DNA of 54,430 nt, the filler included, from Circinaria calcarea (taxonomy: Eukaryota): NCBI GenBank assembly GCA_051942165.1. It is 4 parts of 4 records of this genome, joined end to end, with 100 filler letters (N's around TTAATTAATTAA, not from the genome) between each part and the next. Parts side by side here need not be neighbours in the genome. Positions count along the whole stretch, not along the records: positions 27,305 to 40,819 come from JAVECS010000489.1; positions 40,920 to 54,430 come from JAVECS010000490.1; 2 more parts are not named here. One strand, 5' to 3'. The number at the start of each line of letters is the position of its first letter. Positions within the stretch are counted from its first letter, which is position 1. A program made the position numbers and the translations under genes. The notes under the pieces were generated by a model. That model was given only the letters and a program-made list of their open reading frames with translations. It was not told the origin of the DNA and searched no databases. This document shows, one piece after another, positions 34,448 to 47,549 of the stretch.

Positions 34448-37400
34448 TTACCTCCTCGGCAGGCTTCCCATCATTCTGCCACCACCCGCCATGATGCTCT
34501 GCTTCACTATCAGCTCCGCTGCGGCTGCAGCTGCTAGCCTCTCTTTTTGCCTACTCCTGTCTCTTAGATACCGTTCGGCTTCAGGGCGCATTCTGAGTAT
34601 TCGTAAAATCATATCGTCGTTAGGGTCCGCTTGTGCTTCTTTCCTCTTCTCCTCTTTTGCCTGCTTCATCGTGCCGAGGTTTCGTGAGAGCATGATGCTT
34701 TTGGATCGCCTTGTAGATTGCATGGCGAGCAAGCCAGCTGCCCCTCCAAAAGATAAAGACGCTGGCGCCGACTGTCGATTTCGCTGTGCTTGCTGACGGG
34801 CTGCCGTAGCGGATGCCATCCTTTCTGACGTTCGTATGAGGTTTTCAGTAGAGTCAAAGTAAAAGAAATTCAGCGTCTTGATTTCGAAATATTTAGGGGA
34901 TCTCAACACGTCAAGTGGGACGCCATTTGCCTCCCCTGTTTCCTCATCGACTGCATGGAAAAAGTCGAAGAGCAGCTGGAGCCATTTGAAAACAACATCA
35001 ACCTCCTGCTGGTTAAGTTGACGTTGTTGGGAGGGCTTGTCGGAAAGGGGTGGGACCATCAAAGACTCAATGGTAACCAGCACCTCCTTCCACAGCCGTG
35101 TCATAACCATCACCATGGCAGCGCTGGTAAGTGTCTGATTCATGATAACAAAGTTGTCGTCAAAGTAGGTGAATAGCGGTTTCAGGGCATCCGTTATTTC
35201 AGCCTGGGTAGGTGCCTGACTTGGTGGTGCAGGGCGATTACGATTAAAGTAACTAGAGACACTAGACATGGTTATGCCTTTGGACAAGAGGCTCCGCAAA
35301 GCACGCCGAGATAGGCAGTGGCTTATGTAGGCAGAAAGCTAGCAGTGATAATTAGCGTGGAGCTCGCCGTCTTCAAAGCCCTCTGGTGAAATACCTTGTC
35401 TGTGATTATCCTTGTCATGTCCCTTTCCGTTCTTCTCAGCATTCGAAATGCCTTGCCAAAGTAGAACTGGATATCATCACGCTCGCCTTCCATGCTAACC
35501 CGAAGTAGAAGTCGTCCCTGTGTATCCAAATCCAGCCAGTATTCTCTCGGCATGAAGTCACCAAAATGTGAAGGATCGAGCTTAATCGATGTTCGGCCGA
35601 CGCAGTCATGCTCACCAAGAGCATCCCAGTCCCACACCGTGGCAATGATATTTAGTGGGCCCTGTGTGGTGATATCCACTGTCTCGTCCCAGCGCGGGTT
35701 AAGGTTGCCATAGATGATTCTTGTTTTGGCCAAACGCTTCTGGTATTCATCACCTAGTACCACATAAGGGTCGCTAAGACCATTCATATCGCACGCCTTG
35801 AGGTCTTCGGCTTCGACTATCTTGATACTAAAGACGTAATTATTGACTTTGCGCTGTCTTTGGTTTAACGGAGGGCTGTTTCTTTCGATAACCTCAACGC
35901 ATGCGTCGACATTGACCTCCCGCTCAACTTTGTCCAGTTGTCGCGTGGCAAATTCGATGTTGTTCAGCTTCACGAAAGACTGGCAAGATTTTTAGTTGGC
36001 TTTAAAACTCGGAACGTATGACAAACCTCAGGGAAAAATTGAAATGGCTCAATCTTTTCCTTGTTGCTCCAAGCATCCTTGGCAAGCTGCATCCATTTCT
36101 CTTGCCTGGTTTGACTGGCCGTAGCCTCTTGTTCGGGGGTCAACCGATCCATTTCTTTGGTGAACTTTTGTTCCACAACCTCGCAATAGCGTGCAATGCC
36201 AATCCCAACAATCTTAGCTAACGCCGTCATGAACTTGGCATACTGAAGGTCATTGTCCCAGTTGAGCTGGACAATCCGATCGATGGCTTGATTAAATGAG
36301 CTGAAGATATCGATAACGGACACACTATGACGTTCGTCCTCTGAAGGAACCTGGCCGACGCTTTCAGTCCGCACCTTGAAGTCATCCTGCTTGACAGCGC
36401 CATCTACCCAGTTGGGGATCGAAGACTCTGTCATTGATATCCATCTCCACACGAAGTTGGCTAGGAGGTCTTCAATGTGAAAAGCAAAAGGAACTCTACA
36501 TGCCGGATGGGCACCTGTTAGCTTGATCACGAACATCGCCAGGGTCAAGTGCTACTTTACCGTGGCAATGCTTCCGCGTGTATCTGCCGGATCTCGACTA
36601 ACTCCCGATATAAATCGAAACCATCTTCAATCGGTACTTCTTCGCCTTTTTGCTCGGTCAACTGCAAGATCCTTGCCACAATGTCACGAGCGTCTTCAGC
36701 ATATAGGGGCAGAATCGTCTCCACCAAGGCAGATAATGGATTTACCCTATTTGGTTTCATTAGTCCGGAGGTGAAATATTAGTTCAGATCACTTACCCCA
36801 TAATTTCAGGGTTCTTACGATATCTCTTTTGTATGCGCTGGGCCAGTGTCATAACAGCCTTTCCGAGTTCGATAACATGGAAGAATTCCCAGCTGCGCTG
36901 ATCTTGCGGAAGGTGTTTTTCAAGATACTCTTTATACATGACAAACGCCTTATCCCTCAATCCTTCGCGAAGCTGTTGCGAGAATGCATCGAGGTCTTCG
37001 GGTGTCTTTGGAAAAGTTGGATCATCGTATATATGATTCTCTAGGACATAGATTATCGGGCCCACGGACGGTGGCTTCGATTCGTAACATTGCAGGGCAA
37101 TGTCATATAAATCGCGAAGTAAAGCATCATGAAGCGCCATTAGAACTTGCTGATTCAATGCGAAATCTAAGAGTGTCCATGAAGCACGATCGAGCGGTAG
37201 AGGGCTCATGAAACCCGGATTCTTGCGAGTATCTGCTACAGGTTCTTTGATAAAGTTGAATGCTTCGTCCAGAGTGTCAAGAGAGATCTCCTGCTCTATG
37301 AATTTCTCACGGATCACGTCAAGGAAAAGAACTATCCTTGAGCCTTGAGGGATACGCCAACGCAAGCATATCTCACTGAGTAGGTCGGTGGACGACTTTG

Positions 37401-38766
37401 AGAGGAGCCTGGTGGCTGGTGCGTCTTTGGTTGCCTCAGAGGCCTGAAGACTGTTATCACGCAGATCATATGCCAAAGCCTGGGCGAGAATCAAACGATA
37501 ACACCCCCTTGGCTCCGGAGGGATGAACGTGAATGGATTGGCTTCGTCTTGTACAAGGTCGGGTTGGTAATCTATCGATGCCAAGGCACCCATATCCACA
37601 GGTTGGTCCACCGCATAAAAAGAACCGTCAGATACCGACGTCTTGCGGGGTGAATCTGAGTATCCCGAGTCTGAAGCTTCACTGCTACTCGCGAGGGAGC
37701 TGAACTGCGGGAGGCTGTTTCTGGACTTTGACTTTGCGAGGTCCGGGTTTGACTTCATTATCGCAAGCATCATCTGTGATAGCTCTGGACCCTCTGCCTT
37801 TTTCCATGCTTCATAAGCTTCTTCAAGGTCAAAGTCATCACTGCGGAGTGTCTTTCGGGAGTTCAAGTTGAGTAGAGTCTGATACGTTTTGAGATCTCGT
37901 AGCGCAGCTTCTGCAGTCCACGAAGATCTGTTCTTGTCGATATCGGATTGAATCTGCGTATTTGTAAGGCCGAATATTCGTGCAACGACCTGCACCAAAG
38001 GCATATCCTTGACTTCGTGACTCCGAGGAACGACCACTTCAACCGTGGAGCCACCACCACCGTTACTGGACGATTGCGTTGCTAGGTCTTGATCATGAGC
38101 CAACAGTTTGCTTTCCAGCGTCGATAATCGGCTTGCTAGCTCTGGTCTATCCCTTGACCAGTCATGATCTTTCAGTATCAGACTAACTAAGCGGATAAAT
38201 AGAGCAACATGCCGATCTACCATGAGCTTCCATGTATCGTCCGACGGGGCCTTTCCTTTCTGAAGCTCCTTGGTAGCGTTTGAGAAGAATATAAGTACGA
38301 GGTCCTCCACCCGCCGGTCTTTCTCCATCCGCTTTTTAAATCCTTGCTCCGTAAAGGCATTGAAGAAGGCAGCAAAGGTCCTCTTGATTGTCGCATCGTT
38401 GAACTCGGGTTTCTTCTCCTTCCCCATAATCACCCCAGTAAGGCGCTTCTCAAGCTCGGACATGAAGCCATGAGGGAACCTTGTGCTCTTGGAGTCTCGC
38501 AGCAGACTGAAATCCTTCATCAAATCGTTTATCGAGGACGAGGACCGTTGGATAACCGGTGGAGGGGTGGATATGTACTGCATACGTCGTGCTTGGGGCT
38601 GCAACAGGTAGACGAGGTAGGCCACCCGTAGGGCGTACATGTAGGCATCATTGTGAGTGATGGGACGCTTCTGAGATCGAGAATCTTCTCGGGGTCTGGT
38701 TCCATTATTTTGTAAGCCATCTACTCGCCGGTTGATGGCTCCAGATTTCTGCGAGGACGTCGACAT
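34448..38766 (-). CDS. Munc13-homology (MHD1-C2-MHD2) protein, five exons
   Basis: C2 domain FSIKIVEAEDLKACDMNGLSDPYVVL...NLNPRWDETVDI...VWDWD flanked by helical MHD-like regions. Consecutive minus-strand ORFs are separated by short GT-AG introns. Confidence 0.92.
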
Positions 38767-40655
38767 TACGGAACTTCCGAAGTGTAGTGGTAGTTGATAC
38801 CTTTGGCAGGCATTGATTGAGCTTCAGTCGAGGTCTGATATTGGTTACCATGAGTCAGTAAATGTAGACCCTTGAGCTTCGGTTACTGCCTTTGAAAACA
38901 CCAAGTATAACTGACAGTACCAGACACCGTTGAGCTTGGAAGGCGATGGCCGTTTCGTCAACTCCAGATTTGGGCCAAGTGAATCTGTATTAGGCCCAAT
39001 GACCATGTATTGTTTCTAAGTATAAATATAAGGTAGAGGCTAGTGAGAGCCCGATCTACAGCTAATGTTTTTGGAGAAGAAGCTTCAAGGATCAGATGGA
39101 TGAAACCAGTCACATCATCTTCTCGGACTTATCAGAACAATCTGAACAATCCCCGCCAGTTAGAAGACAGACCAATTCGGCAGGCAATTCAAACTGATAT
39201 GCTTGTCAGTAACTAACGATTTAACGTCTGTATTTGTTCCCCCTCCGCAGGTCTGGTGCTCAGGTCCATGCTTCTCTTAACCTTCTGGGATATCAGCGTC
39301 TTGCCCTGATCTGGAACATATACAGAAGGCAATTCCCTTCGAGGAAAGGATTTTAGGAATCTCGTAATTGTATTGTAACGATTTGGCGGGTGTCACATAT
39401 GTGTCTGGCATAAAGTTTCGGCTACATGGCGAACAGGATTCTTGAGCGTATCCTGTCGGCCACCGTCATATCAGAGGGTGTGGGCTCATGTACCCATCAA
39501 GCAGATACTATCTACGAAATACTAATCGAGGTGTTTGGGTTGGAGAACTGTGAGACCCCAAAAATTGGCTTTGACTGTGGGCTTCCTCTCCGTCACCTCA
39601 CTATTACTCCCGAGTCTGGATCCTTGAGGCTTAAGCAGAGGCTGATTTCGATCCTGTCACGGATACCCACTCCCATCACGGGGGCGCTTGAGAATAGCAA
39701 GGGGAGCCGTTCCACTTTCTCGGCTCTGATGCAATATCGGATAACCGGCAATCGCCACTAGTGATTCCAGTCTTCTGTATTACATGTGAAAGCTTCCTAC
39801 CATACTTTAGTAGTAGATCATGGATCTACCTGCTTAGGGACCAAAAGCTGTACTGGGGTCTCTCCATGAAAATCCATGTCTAAATTTGGCATGATAGTTC
39901 TGTGAGATCCCGGTCAAGGATACGTCATGGGGAAATCGATCGAAAACGGTGACTGGACGTTTTGTAAGAGCCTCGATATAAATTAATATTTAAATAAAAT
40001 AATAAGGGAGCGGTATGCCTCCAACCACAGCTTGAGGGTAATTAAGTACGTGACCCCCCTCATCGGACATCTTCCCATCACATGTGAGACCGTTTTTGCA
40101 TGAGCCAGCAGCTTTTCAACCTTAGATTCATACTGAGGTTATCATGCACGCACTACTGTCCAGCACCAGCTTATATGTCCCCCTGCTTCCAATAGCGTCT
40201 CTGCATGAACCTCAAACCATTCAGTCGTGCAACCGTTCATCCTTCTCCATCGAGAGACGTCATACCTACAGACCATGTCTGTGTCTCCAACATTCTGTCT
40301 AGAAATATCTGCTTGCACAGCCATCTGACAAATTACAAGATGCCTTGACAATCCCCCTTACATTACTCGCGAGAGAGAAACTTGAGTTTCGATGCTGCGC
40401 TTTAATCTGTCTGGATAGATGTTTTATGTTCCTCTGGCAATCTGGATAATCTGGACAATATCAATTCATCAACCGTCTCACTCGCTTAGCCCGAAAACAA
40501 AAGCCGAACAACCTCGTTAAACGTTTACCCTATCCTAGCGACCAAATAAAAACAAAAGCACACAAACCCCAAAAACCCAACCCCCTCTCTATACATCGTT
40601 GCCCCACCAGTTCAAACACCAGACCACCCAACCGTCCGGCAGCCTCAACGAAACC

Positions 40656-40819
40656 ATGTCATCAGCTCAAGAACCCACCTCAACTACCTCCGATGCACCT
40701 CCTATCTCCTCATCAACCACTATGCCAGACAACACGCCAACCCAAGAAAGCTCCACTCCCCTAACCAGCCACCCCGCCAGCGGCACCATCATCGTCCCGC
40801 GCGAAGACCTCCCCCACAC
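40656..40819 (+). CDS. 5' fragment of an uncharacterised protein, truncated by contig end
   Basis: ACCATG start after a C/A-rich leader; S/T/P-rich open frame (…HPASGTIIVPREDLPH) up to the spacer. Confidence 0.5.
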
Positions 40820-40919
40820 NNNNNNNNNNNNNNNNNNNNNNNNNNNNNNNNNNNNNNNNNNNNTTAATTAATTAANNNNNNNNNNNNNNNNNNNNNNNNN
40901 NNNNNNNNNNNNNNNNNNN
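40820..40919. other. Artificial contig spacer
   Basis: N44-TTAATTAATTAA-N44. Confidence 0.98.
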
Positions 40920-41339
40920 GGTATCATACGGAGTAGGCAGCGTGGACTTACGGGATGGTATTGATCCTGCCATCTTAGCGGCACCCAAGAGCTACCACTT
41001 GCCTCTATCTAGATCAATTGCACCTAAGATCACAGAGTTTGTTTAGCGTTTTGCGAACACGGGGGGTTTGCTTTTTTATCAATATGTAATGCTAATTTTA
41101 AACAAATGTGCATTAAAGCAGAGTCACATGCTAAATTTCCCAGAGTCAGTGAGGACTCGTAGATCTCCCGTCAGCCCTAAGCGTGGGGTATCATTGACAA
41201 GGGGATCCGCGTCGTTTCAATACGAATCATCAAAGATGAGGAAGCAGTTTCCCAATAATGGCAATTTTAAAACAAAAAATCCACGTGTGAGCCTCACTGG
41301 TGATACCCTTGCTATCCCCTACTTACGCCCTCATCCACA

Positions 41340-42137
41340 ATGACAACCGTCGACCCCTCCACCGGCGCCCCCCTCCCCGCAGACGCCATCCAACGAGTCC
41401 TCTTCATCGCCTCTTCCGTCCACGTCTACTCCATCCCCCCAGCCACAAGCACAAAAGGCTACCTGGCTGCCTCCTGGACCGGCTCCGGCAGCGCCGCCCG
41501 CCAGATCTTCACCGCCCGCCTCCGCGTCATCGAAACCGCCATCCCCAACGAAACCGTCCAGACGGACGTGGTGCTGGAAGATCCGAGCAACGGGCAGCTC
41601 TTCGCCGCGGCGCCGTACACGGACGCGGGCGCGGTGGAGCAGGTGTTGGATAGTTCGCGCTTCTTTGCCGTGCGGGTGGTGGGTGAGGGCGGCCGGAAAG
41701 CGGTATTGGGAATCGGGTTCGAGGAGAGGAGCGAGGCGATTGATTTGGGGATCGCGTTGCAGGAGGTGAGGAAGTTTCAGGGCGCGGGCAAGGAGAATAC
41801 AGCACCGGGGAGGAAGAAAGCCACGGGGAAATCGGCCGTGGCGGAAAAAGTCCCCGAAAAGATAGACTTTAGCCTCAAGGAAGGCCAGACCATCCACATC
41901 GATATCGGCAACAGACCTGGAAAGCGACGAGAAGGCCGCGGTGAAACGGTCGACAGATATATCGCGCCGCCCTCTGGCGGATTCCTCGACAACGGAGCCA
42001 TGTCATTCCTACCTCCTCCCCCCAGCGCTCAAGACATCAGAGCCGAGAAAAGCAAGAACAGGCACGACGCTGTGCCCGAGCCTAGATCGATTGCCGCACT
42101 GGGCTTCGATGACGGAGAGTTTGGGGAGTTTCAATGA
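41340..42137 (+). CDS. NECAP-family adaptin ear-binding coat-associated protein (PHear domain)
   Basis: VHVYSIPP...KGYLAASW, GQLFAAAPY, VEQVLDSSRFFAVRV, KAVLGIGFEERSEAIDL, DFSLKEGQTIHIDIG, LPPPP, terminal DDGEFGEFQ. Confidence 0.93.
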   Translation: MTTVDPSTGAPLPADAIQRVLFIASSVHVYSIPPATSTKGYLAASWTGSGSAARQIFTARLRVIETAIPNETVQTDVVLEDPSNGQLFAAAPYTDAGAVEQVLDSSRFFAVRVVGEGGRKAVLGIGFEERSEAIDLGIALQEVRKFQGAGKENTAPGRKKATGKSAVAEKVPEKIDFSLKEGQTIHIDIGNRPGKRREGRGETVDRYIAPPSGGFLDNGAMSFLPPPPSAQDIRAEKSKNRHDAVPEPRSIAALGFDDGEFGEFQ

Positions 42138-43740
42138 AAATTTTCTATCGTGATACCTGAGTAACTATTCAGTCTATGACAACTCAGTAAAAGAAAATGC
42201 CGACTCCATGGGGTATAGTCCAGTCCCCGAACGGCAAAGGGACATGATCCCGTATTCTAGATCACAGTAGTATCTCAGGTAGACTAGGAATCTCACAAAC
42301 TCGTGTTCCCAGACAAGCAACGTCCTCAACCCTCCTGATCTGATCAGTCCGTATAAACCGTCCGGTAGACGTCCCTTCCCTAACGGACTCCACAGCTATC
42401 GGTATCCGTATACGTACCCCAAATCCCCCTCTATCCAGAACACACACCAAAGAAGCCGTCAAAACATCCCACCTCCCACCGATCCAGCAAATCCCCTTTC
42501 CTTCACCACCACTCCCAATTCCCTCCAGCCATTTCGCCCCGGTTTGTAGATCCAAGCCCACACGTAAGCACCCTCCAAGCACCCACATATAGTGGAAGGA
42601 CTTGATGGATTCTGAGCCTGTTGGAAGGCGAGAACGGGGGTATCCGGACGCAGCGCAAACACCTTGCATCCGCGGGCTGGATGAGGACTGGCGGGGATTC
42701 TATCGAGAAACCCCGGCAGCGGAGCTAGAAATGCCCCGAAGGGGTGAAGAGTACCGAGCAGAAGTCGCCGGAAGCGCTCGACAGCGTTCTAGACCTGAGA
42801 AACTGCCCATCTGCTCTATACCGGTACCGTGGTTGGTTGTCTGCTGTCCAAACCACAGCGGCAAATTATCGGAGGTTGAGAGGGACGACCCATGTCTCCT
42901 TGAGGTCGCTGGTATGGAAATGTAACGTGGCTATCACTTACCTTACCCTTGATTGTGTGGGGCCTGCAAGGCTGAAAACTACAGGAACTACAATCATGGC
43001 ATGGTGGTTCAATGTAGCGCCGTCCAACACATAGTGGCATATACCTCAGCAGAGAGAATGAATCTGAGGAGTCAACTTTACGCAGACAGAAACAGTAGTC
43101 AACGGTGGGCAGGTAAAAACTTGACAAAGATCTACCCGTCGTAGAAAAAGCCTCAAACTTTGTTACTTTCAATTGTAAACCATATCGACGTCAGTCATTG
43201 TCATACGGCACAATTTGATACTGTGGTGACGACTAAAGGAAATTTGGATGGTAGAGGAGATTACGGGTAAAAATATGTTGAACAGTCTTTTACGAGTCGG
43301 ATCATGGTCGTCAAGTCATCTGAACGCGCACCGCATAAAGGGTACACCAGGCGTCAATATGACCTACCTTGAAAAACTGCCACTCAGCTCGAAAAGTTAG
43401 TAATATCAGAATCAGAATACAAGATGCAAGTATGCCTGAAAACCTTTCATAAGCCTAGGATGCAAACGCACTTGATTGAGAAGGCGACGACGCCATAGTT
43501 GAGATGCAGCGAGTGCAGAGCCATAATCAAACTTTTAATTAACAGCAACAGATGATGATGTCCGACCTCTAAAGTGTGAAAGGATCATACGAACACTGAG
43601 TAGCTAGAAAAGCACACCTTTCCAATACGCAAGTTCGGTAAGAAGCTCATGCGTTTATCACAGACATACTTCTGGCTAGAAGTGGATGATTGCACAGTAG
43701 TAGAAGGAGATGACCATAGCAAGTACCTTTGGCACAATGC

Positions 43741-46356
43741 TTACCATCGACGACTGTAGAGTCGAGAATATTAGAATGTATAGACAACTCAGATACCGTT
43801 GAAGACTTACCTATATGCCGCCGCTACTTTTGGTTGACGTCTTTTCAGCTTTGGAGTGACATCGTCGACTTGGCGTTTCCGTTCCTTCCCTCGTTCATCA
43901 TCTGAAGAATCTCTAGCGTCGTACTCCCTCTTGCGAACTACAACCCTCTCGGAACGAATCTTGACTGGAGAGTATAGTTTACCGTCTGCTGAAAATCCAT
44001 TGTAGCCGTTGATGTGATCTGGATTATAAGCTGCATGACTGTTATGGACATGGCCAGATTCCGGGGAGATTGGACTATCCTGGACACCATCGAGAGTCGA
44101 CGATTTGCGCTTTGGTAGTGGAGGCGGCGGCGGAGGATGGAACCTTCGGGGGAATTCTCTATATGCGATGGTCCCTTCTCGGTTCATAACATTTGGCGCT
44201 TCGTTTGCACTTTTTGGATCAGCGAGATCCCGGTCTTCTGGATCGAATGGATCGTGATGTGATATACTCCCTGGAGTTCCAGGGCGCTGTTCTTCGGCAG
44301 CAAAGTTTGAGAGCTGGCTGCTAGTACCGTTGATGCTAAGAGGGTCAATAGTTCAGTGCCTGCTGTTACGGTATAAACAGGGTTGGTTGAGCTTACAGAG
44401 CATGATTCCTTGGAGTAGGGCTTCTTGACCTTTGAACGCGGCCGATCGCGGCTTTATGCGCTCGTCGACTGGATTCAGGTGGTGGGTATGGTCGTGCAGG
44501 AGCTCTCACCGGTTTTGGTGCACCTGTAACGCCAAGGGCGGCGAGTATATCTTCAGTATCTCGAGCTGAGTCAGGTATCTTCTCTATTTCTGGCTCTGAA
44601 GTTGAAGACTTCTGGTGTGGCTGAGATATCTTAGGAGACATAACAGAACTCCTGTAGTATGTAGAAGGTTTGTCGGGAGCGTCTGCGGTATTGACACTTT
44701 CTTCGGAAGGGGACTCAATATCCATCTCGTTATCTTGAGTCCACTCGCCGTCTTCTCTATCCAGGTCTGATTCCAGATCCGGGGATATTTTGAGTCCTCG
44801 GCTCCCTATCCACTCTTCGATTGCAATTATGTCTCCATCATCCCGTACTTCCAAGAAAATCGGATCATCGACAGAGACCTCTCCAGCAGCAAAGTCCGTA
44901 AACTTTTCGGACAGAGTGTCGAGACTACTTTGGGTTACGAACACAGATTGAAGGCAGCCGCCTGCTTCGAACGCGGGAGGAGGAAGAATACCACCAACAC
45001 TCTCGAATACGTCAAAATCGGCGGGTAATGCAAAGCCAACAGGCCGAGGCTTCATCTCACCTATTCAAAGATGTTAGTGATTGAGCCGAAAAGCAAGAAC
45101 ACCTTAGGCCTACCGTTAGGCCCTGGGTATTTTGGAGCGTCCGGGATATCCAGCAAACCTAAGTCGTCTTCTTCGGCTTGGTATGTTGACATTGTCGCTG
45201 ATTGCGGTCTTGGTGTTGCGGAGAGAGACTGTAACGAAACCGAGCGATCAAAAGAATTATGACGGGTGCCATCGGGATTGATCTTGGCATGGTTCTGTTG
45301 CGGTCCCGATTGATCGACGATTGATGGTGGTCTAGCTACGCTTGGAGACGCGTTTGGAAATGGTTGGTTTTGCAGCGTATGGCTTGGCTGGAATTGATTT
45401 TGAGGAGGGAAGTAGCCCCCATGGTGCTGCGGTCCTTGAGCAGAGACAGAACCTTGGTACTGTGGTACATAAGGAGTGCTAGCAGCAGGAGACGGTGGAA
45501 CAGGGTAGTTTTGCTGTGGATATGGGTTGCCTTGAGTGTAGGCTTGTTGATATTGTTGGTAAGGCTGCTGGGGGGCTGGCGGCCACTGCGGATGATGCGG
45601 AGAGTGTGCAGAAATTGGAGTTGGTGGCCCGTACGAGTGTTGATAAGCTGCATAGCCCGGTTGTACGTACGGTTGACCTCCATAGCTTGGAGGGCCATAA
45701 GGCTGCTGAGGTGGCTGAGGAACCGCGTATTTCGTAATCACTGGAGGGTTGAACTTCTGTCTTTTGATAGGTCGCTCAGAAATCGTACGATTGAGTTCGC
45801 CCCTTCGAATAGACGATTAGCCATGCTTTCTGAGGTTTCCAAGACAAACCTGCTAGTGTACGACTTACGCTGGAATCTCCCGGCGTGGCTCAGGACAATG
45901 CTGTGCCCAGTGTTCTGGAGACCCGCAATTGTAGCACGTCGGAGGAGTAGGCTGAGCCACATGCGGGACTTGCTCTTGGCTCGGTGAGTGATGGTAAGGC
46001 TGCTGATAGGTAACCACTGGGGCTGCTTGTCCTTGGCTTAGTGGTTGAAAATACGACTGCTGGTAAGGCCCTTGCTGGGGATAACTATATGCCTGTGGAG
46101 GCACTGCCTGTGGGGGCATTGGCTGGGGGGCATACTGCTGAGCTGGATACTGCTGGGTCGGATACTGCTGGGTCGGATATTGCTGAGTTGGGTATTGCTG
46201 GGTTGGGTGTTGCTGAGTCGGGGTCTGCTGAGTCGGAGTCTGCTGGGTTTGATACTGCGAAGCACTCTGGGGAGGAGTATATGGCTGCTGCTGATCCGGC
46301 TGGGGGTACGGATATCCTTGAATCAAAGGCGGATGAGGCGCCCACTGCGCAACCAT
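43741..46356 (-). CDS. Q/P/Y-rich low-complexity protein with one CCHC zinc knuckle; exons ~46356-45869, 45802-45114, 45060-44397, 44335-43811, 43753-43741
   Basis: CYNCGSPEHWAQHC knuckle. Four GT-AG introns join the ORFs in frame, ending DDVTPKLKRRQPKVAAAYSRRW*. Confidence 0.82.
46127..46258 (-). repeat. Coding 15-bp tandem repeat (QQ[Y/T/H]PT pentapeptide, ~8 copies)
   Basis: TQQTPTQQTPTQQHPTQQYPTQQYPTQQYPTQQYPAQQYAP in exon 1 of the zinc-knuckle gene. Confidence 0.9.
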
Positions 46357-47549
46357 GATGATTTAAGGATATAAGCTGTTGTCGGGCACTGGTCAATCGA
46401 ATCCTGTAATCACAGCATTGGTGCGCACTCGAAACTTGCTCAAAGCTCTCGGGGATGAGGCGCAACAACTACTCGCAAACTTAGATACCCACTGCGCGTG
46501 AAGTTGGCAGGAGTTATTTGTGATGGACAAGAAATCTGCAACCTTCACAATGATGAGAAGGGGACGATGTGGGTTGTTAGAAAGTGAGATAGACACATGA
46601 GAACTAATCTGGGGTTATCCAAGTATCGAAGTTGAAAGTAGCGTCTATGTATGCCGAGATCGGCCCGGGCTCTAATAGAACTAGCGTGTTGGTGTTCAAA
46701 ACAAGTACACAAATATATGCACTGAAATCTTGAGAGCCCACAGGTAGAGAAATCACTCGGTCGGTCATCTTACCGATAGAGTGACATTTGTGCCGGGACC
46801 TCTTCATATATTCTCGACAGCTTGGATACTTGTGGGCATTCAGTCACCGCATGAGACCTCATAGGCTAGCTGTAATATCTCCTGTAGAAATTCCACGTAA
46901 TAACCAACCCCGCATGAAAAGTTTACACAGATTCACCAACTTAGTTAATTACCTCAGATACCATCGCCCACCTCGACTTCAGAATTGCATCGTGACGCGA
47001 TCAATCAAAGAAGATCAAGAGAGAGCTGGGGGACGATGGGGAAAGCATGAATATTTATCTCGGTCTAGTTGAGTTAATATATGAGACGACCAACCAAAAT
47101 GGGATATTTCATGCCCGTCTATGCGATCTCTGCTTCACCATATAAATATAGAGCGGTGTCAAGGATCTAAAATGCAGAGATATGGGGTACAGCGGCAAGA
47201 TAATGTTCCTGAAAGGTTAACTATGATATTGTAAGAGGACCAACTATCTTGCAATCTCGCCTTCAACCGGGCGGCTTAAATATGATGCGTCCCCTGAAGC
47301 CTAATTCGGCGCGGAATAATCAACACGGGATTATGGACGGAAGAACCCCGGATGAGAATAATTATCAGATTGGCGATATTTTAGGATGGCGTTTGGTGTT
47401 CTTACTCCAAAATTCGGTACAGTCTCAACTAACGCTATGATTGTCAGAAGCAGGACAAAGCCCACTGTCTCTCTCTTGTGCTTCAGCATAGCTAGCAAAA
47501 AGCTTCTTATTTCATAGAATCCGCCGCAGGGCCAGGCAAAGTTCTAGCT

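Noticed and set aside
39426..39761. 111-aa ATG ORF in the intergenic region upstream of the C2-domain gene
   Set aside because: No recognisable motif, splice context or compositional support.
42262..43172. Cluster of short ORFs between NECAP and the zinc-knuckle gene
   Set aside because: Multiple stops in every frame and no coherent exon chain or family signature; cannot be supported even as a pseudogene.
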